Program-made: the position numbers and the translations under genes
Assembly: GCA_000708835.1 (NCBI GenBank)
Contig: DF236984.1
Span: 1-64,000 of the forward strand
Source of the DNA: Klebsormidium nitens
Lineage: Eukaryota > Plantae > Klebsormidiophyceae
Reading direction: 5' to 3'
DNA: 64,000 bases
The notes under the pieces: generated by a model
The model's database searches: none
What the model saw: the letters and a program-made list of their open reading frames with translations, nothing else
Told to the model about the DNA's origin: nothing
Shown: positions 1 through 12,886 of the stretch, one piece after another
Numbering within the stretch: position 1 is the stretch's first letter
How the letters are laid out: each line of letters starts with the position of its first letter

Positions 1-585
1 TATAAAATAAATTGATTGATTGATTGACCTATGTTGTATCATTACCGTGGCGGTCCATCTGAAATTTGAAATCCAAGGCAATGATCTCTACTCTCTAGCC
101 CTGGGCCTGGGCCTGGGCAGTCTAGCAATGCCCGCGACGCATTGCAATCTGTAGACCGGTGTTGAGCAAGCTAGAACTTGAAGAGCTGGCAGCGCGACAG
201 CTGTGGTGGGCGCCTGTAGGCGAGGCTCTCCAACCCGGAGCTGAAGAGTTCTAAAAGGTGCAGCTGATCAGCCGTAGGATCTCAACCCGTTGACAAGCTT
301 GGATATCCTGTAAACGCAGCGTTAGACTCAACGTCCTCGTGGGTCCCAGATGCTGCTGAAAGAGGACTGAAGAGCAACTTGCGAGCGGGCAGCATTTACA
401 TTTCATATCCTAGCTTGCATCCGCGGTCAGTGCCCAGGGCTGCTTTGCAGACATGCCAATAGCTGACTCTGCATTCTAGTGGCCCTCTAAACAGGGGTTG
501 GACTCCCTTACAATTACAGGGACAGTGGGTCTAGCTGCTTGATTGTCACCAGAAGGGCTTCATTGCTCAAGCCACGTTGCAAGAG

Positions 586-3500
586 ATGGCCGAGACCACG
601 GCGGAGCCTGCGCCGGCGGCCCCGGCAGCAGCCCCGGCGAACGATCTGGACGAGGAGAGCCACTACTTTGACTTTGGCACATTCTACAAGTGAGCGCCTC
701 TAAGCACAGTTCTGCTGTGGTTCATGAAGTTCTCTAGAAACTGAAGCCCTGTGGAAGTTGTTGAAATCAAAGTTAGTGAGCCTTGACTAAGATGCAGGGA
801 AATGAGCTTCGTGATCAGAATCCAAGAATGGATATGTGTGGGGATGGCATGGTGAGTTGGGCATAAAAGCAAGAGATATGTGTAGCTTGGACCAACACAG
901 TTGGACGGCGCGTGATCCTCGCTCCCTCAGCTCATTGCATAACAGCCTGGTCATCTTTGCCAAAAGGCTCACACTCTAACAACTCATTGTTTCCACAACC
1001 ATGACACGAACAGCCATAGGTGCTGGGCAAAGCTAGGTTTCTAATATGTGGCTTCAGATTTTCACTCGCGACGGATAAAGGTGCGTAGCTGCTTCTCACT
1101 CTAAAAGGTCTGTGGCAAGGAGTCTCACTTGCCCCTGATGCTTTGCAGGAAGCCCGAGTTCTGTGATCGGGCATTCAAACTCGTCATCCTGGATATGAGA
1201 GCAAAACGGGTAAGCCGCAACAAACTTTATTTCTGTACATCCCTGCGCATCAGTTGATGCACCAAATTGGCTTGTTCTTGTGCAGATGAAATGGGGTTCT
1301 GGTGGGACTGGCGGTGAAGATGAGCGCCACGTTGCCGCCTTCTGCTCAGGCCCCTCCCGCTGATATAAGGAGTCCCAATGCATTGGGAGCGCAGACATGA
1401 AGGCAAAATAGTACAGGGGTGCGTAAAGGACTGACTCGACCTCCGTTTGCTTCTCCAGGCGGTCCAGCCCTGCGCCCCTCCAAAAAGGGCATTCGAGCAA
1501 AGGAGAAGGAAGCAGAGGGCGAGGAGGTCCCGGTGAACTCGATTGTTGTTGCTGCCAAGAGCGCTGTGCTCCGGGCCATGCTGTCCAACGGGATGAAGGA
1601 GTCAGCTAAGGGTGCACCCATCGTCATCAGGGTTACAGAGCAAGGTTAGACGCCACCCACCTGTGTCTCATGACTTATCAAGTGTAGATAACACTTTGGT
1701 TGAGCAATGACTACTGGACAGATTTCAAACCGTTTCCCTGTCCTTTTGGTGCGAACAGGAGAGAGTCGCTCCAGGGTTAGTTGCTGTGGCCTTTGAAGCC
1801 CTACATTTCAACAAAGTCTGTTCAGAATCTGGTTCAAACCTGTCAACTGACCAACGAGTATGCTCGTAGAAGCATGTGAAAGCAAAAGCGATGGCTTCTT
1901 TTTGGGAGCTCTGCCTTTCTCTCGAACCTTTCCTCTGTTCCGCTTTTACCCGCATTGGTTCCAGCAATTATGCCTTCTTTCTGTGCTTTAATTCCGAAAT
2001 ACTATACCTCTTGAGAGACCTTCAGAAGAGAAGATTCTCTGGGGAACTTTTAGATATTCTTCTTCTCAACCTGTCCAAGCCAAGAGCGCAGTCTTCATAA
2101 CAAACCGTCCTTGAGCTATTCTGTTAAAAGCTTGCGGGTCGAGAGCACTTAGAACTTGTCATGTGCAGCAGCAATCACAAGCAGTACTATCTTTGATATT
2201 GAGTGAGAGGCTTCCGACCATTCATGAGCACTTTATAGTTGACTAATTGTACCCATTGGTTTGTTCAGCCTCAATTCTTCTGACTTCACCCAGCAGATCA
2301 ACATGCAGCACGTGGGCGCCTAAAAAATCACGCTTAAGGAACTGTGAATCATCTGGGCGGGATGCTTACCATGCTAAGACGTTTTGAATCCTCAGACCTC
2401 AGAGCTTTGACTTCCGTGAAGCCCAAAGCTTGCGACAATCTGGCCAAGGAAAGTTGGACCTTTTGAAACCGAAGGGAATGATCTAGCTAAGGAGTATTGC
2501 CTTCCCAAAATGCTGAATCGTTGAAGCCTTCACCTTGCAGAAAAACCGGCGTTCAAGGAGATGCTCCAGTTCCTCTACTCCGGCACCCTCTCCCCGGAAT
2601 TTCTGGCGCCAGCAACTAGTATGAGCTCCATCGTGGCGCTCCTCCTCCTGGGCGACAAGTACGAAGTCCCTTCCTTCATGGGCGCCGTCCTGAAACGGTT
2701 GATCGAACGAGAGTCGATTTCGGACAGCGCGACCCTTGTCGAGGAAGTGCCGGATCTGCTGGAAAGGCGGCCGCAGATCAAGCAGCTGATGGACGACGCA
2801 CGTGGTCACATCGTAAGGGAGTTTAAGGACGTGACGGGTACGTGGACGTCGGATGATTTCATGGCATTGCCTTTGGGTGTGGTTCAGTATCTGCTGCAGT
2901 CGGAAGAGTTGGAGGCAGACTCGGAGGAGGAAATCCTGACCAAAGCGGCTAAGTGGGCTGCGAACAAAACGGGGGCGTTATCACAGCTTTTCCCGTATAT
3001 TCGATTCTGCTGCATCCGGGGGGAGGTTCTCGAGAAGTGGGCTCAAACTGCTCGGTCGTTTCCCAACGTCCAGCTGATAAAGAGAGCGCTGAAGGTTCAG
3101 GCGTATTCGGACGCTAGGAAACGGCTCGAGAAAGGCCTGGTGTTCTGCGAAAGGAAAGGCGTTCAGCAAGTTCACCTCGAGATCGTCGAGAACATACGGT
3201 TCGATGAGAAGGTCACGTCGGTAGTCACGCCGCCCGTGGTTTGGTTCGGCAAAACATGGTATCTCGCGGTTATGAAAGAGGGTGCTCAGAAGAAGGGGGG
3301 CGAGGAGGAGCGGCCGCGAACCGTTGGCGTGTACTTGTTCTGCAAAAAGGCGGGCGACCAGGAAACGGTGGCGAGCGTGTCGGACAAAGTTCAAATCTGC
3401 GCTTACGTCCGGACATGGCCGGACGGCTTGTGGTTCCCCATTGGTACCACCACTAATACCTTCAGCCTAGAGGAAGGCAAAGGAGTAAAAAACTGGGGCT

Positions 3501-3625
3501 TTCCGGATGCTCTGAACTTGCCTTGGGACGAAGCAAGAAAATCGGAAAAGTTCTTAGGGCCAACCGGTGCTATGGTTTTCAAGGTTGTGGCGCGCAGATA
3601 CACTGATAGTGAGGCGGAAGAATAA
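586..3625 (+). CDS. BTB/POZ-BACK domain protein with C-terminal MATH/TRAF-like region (POB1/LRB-like Cullin3 adaptor), 5 exons
   Basis: Phase-consistent exons 586-689, 1149-1209, 1286-1313 (least certain), 1459-1644 and 2541-3625, all with GT-AG ends. They give FYKKPEFCDRAFKLVILD and VNSIVVAAKSAVLRAMLSNGMKES...EKPAFKEMLQFLYSG (BTB), DKYEVPSFM...LPLGVVQYLLQSEELEADSEEEI (BACK), and a C-terminal WYLAV..VGVYLF..WGFPDALNLPW region like plant POB1/LRB proteins. Confidence 0.85.
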
Positions 3626-5528
3626 TCAGTCGACTTATTGAGAATTCTGTTAGCGAGGGACATAAAGCTTGTCACTCTTTTCAGCATGCACGCTTCCAAA
3701 GCCCCTATGACCTGTTGTAAAAAGTCTCAGAACTTAGTAAGTATAGAAAGCGAAGCATGGTTCGGTTGGGAATCATTCATCAGTCTCGCTCATATGCTTT
3801 AGTTAAACTCGAAGCATGTATATGTTCCGGCCCTCTTCTGATTATAAGTGAGACCTAAGTTGCGCGGCAACATAGTCGGATGGTATATACGTAGATCAAG
3901 ACCGCGGCTGTAATTGCTTATCATTCAATGATTGTCACGAGCGACGATGAAAGACTATATGCACGGAACTTGTATCTCGTGAGACAAAGTCGGATACGCA
4001 TGTACGTGGGGGCATTTCGAACGGTCCCTCGCAACGGAATAATTGCATTCACACTAGACAAACAATAGCACGGTGAACCTAGCCGCGCATATCTAGATCG
4101 TGGCCAGTCACCTACGACGGTAAGCTAGGGCTCGATCGATCGACCACGAGTTATTGAGGGCCGGCCTGCAATGTATGCTTCATGACTCCAGGCTTTGGTC
4201 GTGGTTTCAATTAAAGGATTGGAGCTGCGCCGCTACTGAGACGGGCGCAACAGCTTCCACGAGATACTATATTGCCGCCATGCATGCCGCTTGTGTGTGC
4301 CTACTCCGGCCATACTGCTGGCCGACCCCATCCGATCAAGGCGGATGATACTTAATTTTCAAAGTCACGGGTCAAGCTCAAGCAAACGCGTTAATTTATG
4401 ACGATATATGCTGAAGTCGTTCATTTTTCATTGTAATCTAGAACGACATGGGCCTTCCGATAGCTATTGAACATTCAATGGGCGGGTGACAAACGAAAGA
4501 ATCTCACGTCCAATCAAGTCTACTGCCGCAAATTCATTTCTTGAGATTGGAAAGGAACCTGAGACGAGCTTGTTGTCCATGCGCATTTACAGAAAATGCG
4601 AAGCTCGGACCGTTATTCCCTTCGATCCGCTCTTGGTGAGAAGCAGTGCCAGCAACCTGGAAGTGCAAATTGTAGTAAGGTACTTCGAAGAATCTGCAAA
4701 AAGTTGAACTGCCCGGGCAAGGAACCGTACTCGAACACAAACCAGCGAAGCGGATCACAAGTTCTAAGCTGAAAGCTGGGCACGAAAGATACATGGGTCC
4801 ATTCTACAGGTGTAGCAAATTGCCACAGTTTTACGTGGTTCCCCAACAACAGCCTAGCTTCGAGCGACAGGCCAGCCATATATGCGGCAGAAACCCTGAG
4901 TTCAGACACGTTCGGCCCCCTCGAAACTGGTCAGAAACGTCTAGACTGTCAAGCAGCTGGAGCCTCTTCGGGTCCGCAAAAACGCCACTCAGACCTGGAC
5001 GTCCCCCGGACGTCCGCCTGGATGTCCCCTCAAACAGCCTCCTTTGCTGACAAAATCATCCCATATAAGCTTTTTTGGACATCATGAACATTGTTTGCAT
5101 TTCTGGCGCAACACTTCTTCAAAACGTAGTTAATTCTGTATGATTCAACGTCCCCTTCTGACATGCCCTCCTATATGCCTGCCAACGGTAGCATGGAGAG
5201 CTGACAGCCAATTTGGTGGACCATTGGAGGTGCTTCGGCTGCTCAAAAAATCTTAGCCTTTGCAACTGAAATGTACAAACTCCGGGCAAACAAACTGCAC
5301 CCTAAAAGGGCAAAAGCCGGAGAATGGCGTCAGAGGACCTACCGGTCGAGCGTCGCCGTCGCAGCGGTCTTGACCGCTCCGCGTCTTGTCCTCTGTCGTT
5401 TTGACGGTGTAAGATGACGACCTACTCAAAGAATGTTCCGCAAGTTAATCCGTTAGTTGTTGCCCCACCGTCACGTCCCTGGTCCGATCATCAATCTTAT
5501 GTATCTAGCCAGGTTGGCGGCCCCCACT

Positions 5529-6679
5529 CTAACTGGTTTTATTGCGCTCTCCCCGATTTCGGACCAGATCTCTGTTGCATAGCTTGCACCTACACGCTAA
5601 ACCGTCTGCCTTCTTTGGGTCTCTGTCAAAGTCATTTTTTCCTTTCACAACCTTGCAGTTCCGGCACCATTTTGTATCTCTTTTTACATCTAGTTGAGAT
5701 GCTTTAACCTTTGAATATCTTGCTCGGTCTTTCCCTTGCTCTTTCATGCAAAGCTTGCAAGTGCGGTGGAGACCGTTTGGTTTGTGGCAACTACGAGGAA
5801 ACGCTTCCAAAGGCAGGTAGTTGTTGCAGACCTTGCACAGGTGGGGACCGCTGGCAGGTTCATAGGAAGGACGGGTTGTGTCGTAGTCCGAAACGCAAGC
5901 TCTGCACCACGTTTGTGTGCCATCCTTACGCGCTTGTTCAGAGCCAAATAGTCGAATCTCCTTCAAAACACCACACTTTCTACAAGTCTTGGCCCTCTTT
6001 TGGGCCTCCTCCAACGACAATTGCATGTGCTCAGGGAGCAATCTCCCAACGCGCTCTGCATGAAAGACGGCCATGCACGCCCTACACCAATCCATCAGCC
6101 CGTCCGGACCAATATTTGACCTCGAAAAGTCCACACGCAGTTTTGTGTCCCCACAATGTGTGCATCTTTTGGAACCAACTTCTCTAGAGGGCCCCATCTT
6201 CAATCCAGCTGCCAATATTGGCAAATTGCCTCCTTCTAATCGTCCCACTTCTTTTGGGTCAGCAGCTTTTGACATAAGTGCCTCCTCAGATAACAGGCTT
6301 TCGTCTTCTGCCAGAGCTTTCTTGTCTTCAAGCGGGCCCCCTCTTCCTGCGCTTTCGAGGGCCCTTCTGCTGCTATCTGAGTGAAAATAATTGGAACCAA
6401 GTCCAAGCTTCTTGACCTCTCGGCTTTTCAAGAGACATAAGTAGAGCTTTGCCAGGAAACGTGTTCCGCAGCCAAACTTGTAGTGGAGGCAATGCAGCCT
6501 GGAAATGTGGTGTCCCTGCCTCGACGCCCCGCATCTGCGCAGAACCCAGCTACCTTGGCGCCGAGTGAGGGATAAGTGGAACATCCTGGCCCCAGCGCCG
6601 CCAACCGGCCGAGATCAGGAAACAGAACCCTAGCGATCGTACCAGACAGGCGAGAGAGCCAGGAAAAAGGCGCCATCAT
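5529..6679 (-). CDS. Hypothetical protein with four tandem Cys4 zinc-ribbon repeats (K-x-C-x2-C-x3-K-x4-F-x7-DG-x4-C-x2-C)
   Basis: The minus-strand ORF contains KRCTHCGDTKLRVDFSRSNIGPDGLMDWCRAC, KTCRKCGVLKEIRLFGSEQARKDGTQTWCRAC, HLCKVCNNYLPLEAFPRSCHKPNGLHRTCKLC and KWCRNCKVVKGKNDFDRDPKKADGLACRCKLC. There is a probable acceptor at about 6378 (ttcactcag|atagc). The first exon from ATG 6679 (MMAPFSWLSRLSGTIARV) is plausible, but its donor is unresolved. Confidence 0.7.
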
Positions 6680-7509
6680 GCTTACTCCTCCTCTACGGTA
6701 TTCCTATCACTCTGACATCAAGTTCTGAAACCTGAACTTTAGGTACTTGAACTTGAAGCCTGCATGCTGCTTCAGCCTGTCATGCAAGCCTGCTTTGGCG
6801 GTGCAGCAGCTAGCGGGCTCAGTGCGCCGTCGCGCTTCCGAGGCCGCGGGCGCGCCGGGCGGCGGCGGGCCGGCGGCCCGCCTAAACTCGTACCGGGCGG
6901 CACAGCATAGAAGGTGTCAAAAGAAGCAGTAAATTTGTCACACAAGTATCTGACACAGAAACAGTAAAACAGGCTGGTTAGCCAGGTAGTAAGTACCGTA
7001 CTGTATTTTGCATAATGCAGCCGTGGTTTCGGAATGACCGTTTCCAAATGACTGCGTGGAGAACAAGACTCAAGACTCAAAGAGTCAAGAGTCAGAATCT
7101 TGGAGACGAGAGATTTGCTCGTCTAGAGCTGACAATGAAGGGACAACTGATGTTGGACGACCAGCATCAGTAGGCTATTCATTACTGATCACTGTGGACA
7201 TTACCTTCAAGCAGCACTAGCGGCAAGCTTCATGAAAGAATCCCCATGCCACTAGCTAGTATCTTCTCTGCAAGTAACTACACACAGCAGCAAGTCAATG
7301 TTGGCAGCTGCACGGCTGCCCGCCTTCCATCTGATTACTTGCGAGTCCGATTGGAGGTATAGGGGAGCTGCATTTAAAGGGCAATGACATCAGGGCCTGT
7401 GGAAAGATTTGTAACAGTCCACAAAGTCCTTAAACCTGCAGTTCTCAGAAAGAGCAGCTTAAAGTGCTGTGTTTGAGACGCAGCGCTCCGTAATTGCTGA
7501 GGCCCTGCA

Positions 7510-10500
7510 ATGGCTTCCCAAAGCTTTGGCGACATCGAGTGGCCGCCCCTCCTATGGTGCGCCATCATGCTTGGGGTCTTTCCTCTCGGGTTGGCGCTCG
7601 TCCTTCTCCTTGCTCTCCTGCGCTGGGTGCTCGTCGTCCTTTCCTGCGGCCGCCTGCGCTGGGGCGCTGACCGCACCCGAGTGCTCAAGCAAACCGTATG
7701 GCGTCAAAAAGAACCTCGCCAAGAGCACATTCTAGTTGTTCTGATGTACGGCTACAGCCACACGCGTCAGACTCTTGACCCGATCATAAGAGCAATCGAG
7801 GAGGATAAGGGACAGACACGTTCGTCAGGCGGTCAGCAAGGGAGCGCTCATGTTGATGTCGACATCCTGGTTCCGGGCCTGCCAGCCACCCCACTAGACT
7901 CAATCCTGGGCACCAATTGGTTCGGCCCGTGTGGCGTCTTCTCTGTGACCCATCCCGACACCATACTGGAGGCAATGCACCGAGAGGTCGTCAAGGCTGT
8001 CGACAAGGGCGAATACACCAAACTTGTGCTGGTTGGCCATTCGATCGGCGCAGTTCTGGTCCGGAACTTGTACCTGAAGTTGCACGACGATGATGGGTCC
8101 AGTCGGGCACGGACATTCTGCGGCGAGAAGTCCGAACTCGCGGCCAATGGGGCGCCACATTCGGACTCTGCCGCGCGCCCGCCGCTGGACGTCCGGCTGG
8201 TGCTGTTGTCCGGCACAAACAGGGGCTTTGCATTTGGCAACGGCGTGCGGAGTCTGTCATCCAATCTGGTTTTGAACGCTATCTTGGCGGGGTAAGTTCT
8301 AAGCTAAGCTTGTGATAGATGTTTTACCAGAACCTCCGTTGCGCGCACGTTGTCTGTGTGTGTTGGAGCAATGCATCTTGAGCTCTTAGCATGAAACGCT
8401 TTCTGCAGTCTGTCTGAAACTTGAGCTCAACGGGAGGGCTCAAAGGCAGGGCCTTTGAGCCCGACAGCACGCCTCTGCATAGCTTTGACGTGCTGTGAGC
8501 CGTGCTTGATGAGTTTGAGACTCTAACAAGGAAGGCCATACTCTCAGGACCGATTGCCTTAGGAAAGGCCAGCCAACGACGTGCCATGATGAGTTGTTAC
8601 TAGATTCCAAGATCAATGTCGGAAGAAGCCAAGCCTCTGCCTGGTTGCAGTGTTTGGTATTAATGATGTATTGCGTTGTGTAGCTGTAACTGCGAAAGAC
8701 TGTGACTTAAGAAGTGCACATAAATCAAATACATTCGCTGTGTTTTCCGCAGGCTCCTGCCTTACACCAGGATTCTCGTTGGGTGAGCTGTCCTCACACT
8801 TCGCGGCTGACATCATGCATGTGGTCGTCATCGGGACACATAGAATGACACTTGCCGAGCCTGGTCAGACCGTAGAATCCCTTTTATGAAATTCTGGCCT
8901 CCCTTTCCTGTCAAATCTCAGCTGTTGGTATAGTCAGGCCATGCCCTCTGAGCTGACAAGAGGGACTAGTGACAAACTGGTTCCCACATTTCCCAATCAT
9001 CTTTCTTGAAAGAGGTTCGGATGAGGGGTTCCCTCATCTGATCCAGAGCAAAAGAGAGGCAGCCAAGCTCAGCACCGTGTTGCTTGTGCTCTGCCTGCGT
9101 TCGCCAGGGCTGTTACGTCCACAGCGGCAGACAGTTTAACTGCGGGCCACTAATTGCACTTGCATGTCAGTGTTCATCATAATAATCAGGCAGCATCCTT
9201 TACCATTGCCGTCTGCATCTACCGTTCCTGTGGATCAAAAGAGGAGTCTACCCTGAAATGTACCCGCTGATTGGCAGATGTACGGCAATTGTGCAGGAAC
9301 TTCAGAGCAGCAAACTTCGTCTTTTTCTCTTTCCTCAGATGGCCCGCAAGCTTTATAGAATCAAGAACCAAAAGTCATCTGTGTCGTCCGATCCTCAGCC
9401 TGCGAAGCCAAATTAAGCATGCACTTTGGCCCTTAACTTTTCTGATTCGGGGACTGGGTCTCTGAGCTGCGCTTTGCTCCGAAGCACAGCAAAAGCAATA
9501 TGACTCGTCCAATCTGTCAACGTTCGACAAGGTGACCGGTGCCTTAGAAAAGCCCCGCTGGATTCCTCAGGCAGATTTGAAACCCGCGATCCCCCTTGCC
9601 CTCGCTGTAGGATGCTCGTAGACTGAGCTCATTTGTGCAGCCTAATCTATAGGCAAATCGGGATCTCTCTTGATGACCCTGACTTCGTTCCCCCTCCCCG
9701 CAGGTTAATCGAGACGCTTGCGCGCCGGCCCGTCTTCTTCATCTCCCATTTCCGCCGCGGCTCCGTCTACATCTGCAAGTCACGCCTGAAATGGCTCGAA
9801 ATGGCCCGGCCGGATGTCAAACGCACCCGTGGTTCCCCGGACTCTCCCCGCCCCCCCCGTCCTGAGAAGCCTACACGCCCCCCCCCTTTCGTGGTCCAGC
9901 TAGCGGGCTCGAACGATAACGCGGCATCCCCCCAAGACGATATTGACTTGCTCGTCTTGGATGCGGAGCGGCCCGGGCCCGCTTCTGAGGACCGTTTCGT
10001 CTACCGGACGATCCTCGGGTCCGACCACGAGTCGGTTTTGGACGTTTCGGACGCCGACAAAAAGTTCGGCAAAGTGCGTCGGGAAGCAGTGCTGAGCGCC
10101 CTTTTCGAACCCCCCGAAACGTTGGTCGCGCTCGACGAGACGAAGCTGATCGCGAGCACGGAGGAGCTGAGCAACCGCTCGAAGCTGCGGCAAAACGTGG
10201 AGAAAGGAAAGCACGTCGTTTTCGTGTTGCACGGAATCCGGGACTACGGGTTCTGGACAAGCAAGCTGGCGCGTTCCATCCAAAAGTCGGTTTGGGACGC
10301 CGAAAAAAACAAGAGTACTAGTGAGGAGTTGGACCAAAAGTGGCACTTCCGGGCAATGGGCACCGCCTACGGCTATTTCGGTGCGCTCCCGTTCCTGTTG
10401 GCGTGGGACCGGCAAACCAAGGTCGAGTGGTTCATGGACGAATACGTGACGGCACGCGCGGAGTTTCCGCACGCAGACTTTCATTTTGTGGGGCATAGCA

Positions 10501-11512
10501 ACGCGACCTACATCGCGGCGCGCGCGCTCGCGGAGTATGACTGCTGCGAGTTCGAGCGCGTTGTATTTGCGGGGTCGGTCGTGGAGACGACGTACCCCTG
10601 GGAGAAAGTCCTGGAAACCCAACCCGGGCACCAGAAACCGCAGGTAAATGGGTTTGGTTTGCATCCTGTTCCATGTGCCAGCAGCCACACGGTCTAACGT
10701 CTCTAACTCCGAATTTGGCAGAATCAAACCTCCGAAGGGTTCCACCAAACCTCCGAAGGGTCTCGTTTGAAAATTCAGGTTTGTGGATTAGCGCAAGCTG
10801 CTTCAAGCATCTCCCCTGCTTCTTGGCATACCCCTCGGCGCAGACGCTACACGGCATAAAGCTGGCGAGGTCGAAACAGGGAAAAAGATGACCGTATCTG
10901 CAGACGATGACAATGTCTACCTTCCCCCGAATACCTTCCCCCGAATCACCGCAGGTGGGCTGTGTTCTGAACTACGTGGCTACGGCGGATTGGATCGTTG
11001 CCACCTTTCCCAAGGCCTTCGAGCGCCTGTGCGGCTGCTTCGGGCTGGGCCTGGGAGGTGGGGGCTCCGACGGGTTTTCGGACCTAACCGACCGCTTGCT
11101 GGAGGCAGGGGAGAGCGCTCTCCACCCCAAAGATGAACCGGGGGGCAATCCAGCTTTCCCCGACGGCAGCTCTTACCAGGTCAAATATATTGTGGGGGGG
11201 CATGGGGCGGGGGTGCAAGACATCAACTGGAGGGCAATTGCGAACTTTGTGACCGGAACGACCGCCGCGGACCCCAAAACGGAAAGCCCGGGTCCGACTG
11301 CTCTCCTCGTGGAGAAGCAGGGTTTGGGGTTTCGGGTTTGGAACTGCGGGATTGGGATAGTGGTCACGTGGACTGCCCTGGCGGCAGTGGCGGCGGCGCC
11401 CATTGGGATTTCTATCTGGAGGATGGTGGTTACGGGCGAACTGGTTTGGTTATGGACCAGCTTGATCTGGTCTTGGGTGATAACGGTCTTTCAGGTGGCA
11501 ACTAGATTTTAG
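7510..11512 (+). CDS. Tandem alpha/beta-hydrolase-fold protein with N- and C-terminal hydrophobic (TM-like) segments, 3 exons
   Basis: Exons 7510-8291, 9704-10643 and 10955-11512 join in phase (AILAG|LIETLARRP; QKPQ|VGCVLNYVATADWIVATFP). There are two nucleophile-elbow motifs, LVLVGHSIGA and FHFVGHSNAT, plus LMYGYS and VFVLHGIRDYG beta-strand/oxyanion-like motifs. Both ends are hydrophobic. Confidence 0.75.
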
Positions 11513-12366
11513 GACGGTTGTGTCTTAGCAAGAATTGAGCCAGGGTTGATGTTTTTCGGGCACCGTGAGTCTCCGTCTAGGAAATGCAAATGTCAACTAA
11601 TGTTGCCCATAATGTACGCCCGTTTGGGCAATGGGTCTGAGAGGTTGCAGTGGCAGTCACGTGTCGCTTGACGATAACACTAACGTGAAGCAAAGTTAAC
11701 CGTTGAATAGGAGTCCTATTGGAAGTGCAGTCTACTACAACCCTATAAACCTCATGATCGTTTGAGGTAATCTTCCAATCTAGCATTCGACCTCAAGTAG
11801 CTAGTGTATTTATGATGCACGTTATAAGTTGTTGACTCGAAGCATAGGACTCCAGGACCCGGCGTACGCTTTTAGCGCAATCAGTCAAGATTATTTGTAC
11901 ATAAACATCATCCAGTCTCCCACTGGCAGCAGCAGTGATTGTTTGCTTATACCTAATATGATTGGAACCAAATTAGGGCAAACACCCTGATTCTCTACTA
12001 GGCCCGCTAAACACGTAAATCTTCCGCGTAAGACGGTCACACATATAATCCTGGCTCTCAATCTAGCGTATAAAGTGCCGCTAGCTGCCAGTGCACATCT
12101 AGCTCATGCATGCATGCAGGTCACGGGTCATGATATCGGACCGCGATGGGACTCACGTACGTTTGGTCACAATGATATCTGTAACTTTGACTCGTTGAAG
12201 CCGCCGCTTAGACAGTCAGACTCTGGAGTGTATACATCATTGCAGCCGGCATCCGATCCCGGAGTCTACCGGGCGCGGGCCCACCGACCCGTCTGGCATG
12301 CAGTTCTAAGCTAAGGGCGACGGTACGCGTGATCCCCATAATTGCATGGACCGGCTAGTCGGAGCT

Positions 12367-12406
12367 GCGCGTGCCGCGCGCCACTTTATGAAGTGGCGGC
12401 ACGCGC
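12367..12406. other. GC-rich hairpin (9-bp + 7-bp stem, 4-nt bulge, 4-nt loop) in convergent intergenic spacer
   Basis: gcgcgtgcc (12367-12375) pairs with ggcacgcgc (12398-12406). gccactt (12380-12386) pairs with aagtggc (12391-12397). CTAG lies at 12355-12358. Confidence 0.6.
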
Positions 12407-12886
12407 CTCAAGTTATAGGACTCAGGTTTTACCAATGATGCATGGTATAAAACCCGAGTCATATCATTAATATAGTACTATGCGCATTCTGTACACTTCC
12501 GAATCCTTGTTGTGCATGTTCTGGCAATCGCCAAGCTGTCATGTGCATGGTGCAAACCACATGCCCAGCCTAGCCGGCCGCCGGGTCCGAACTTATCGCA
12601 TAACCATTAGCGTATTCAGCGCAGGCCGGGCTCGAGTCCTGCCTTGAGTCAAATGTTGATCAACCCAATAGGCCGCACGTCCAACATACCATCAATGATT
12701 CATGAGTTACCGTACTTATGGCAGGATATTTTGCACCACCGCAATTTAAAGGGCTCCCACAGAATCAGGTGTGCGTTCCTTAGGAGTCAAGTGTTGCCAC
12801 TACAAGACCTGAAGATGTGATCGCGCCAACGCCCGATCTAGTCATCGGTGCACCAAGAGACCCTCGCCTAGCCAACGACACTCCGA

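Noticed and set aside
1876-2100. Possible old echo of the BTB last-exon start (FLCSA vs FLYSG)
   Set aside because: Similarity is too weak to distinguish from chance by eye.
4307-4324. 6-bp hairpin cggcca/tggccg in the first convergent spacer
   Set aside because: It is too short to be significant alone; noted only as context for the other spacer hairpins.
5711-6187. Cys-rich 158-aa plus-strand ORF
   Set aside because: It is antisense to the zinc-ribbon repeat exon and has no recognisable motif.
9871-10857. Long minus-strand ORFs (282, 141 and 129 aa)
   Set aside because: These are antisense shadows of the GC-rich hydrolase exon. The same applies to 2483-3394, 38828-39719 and 41104-42285.
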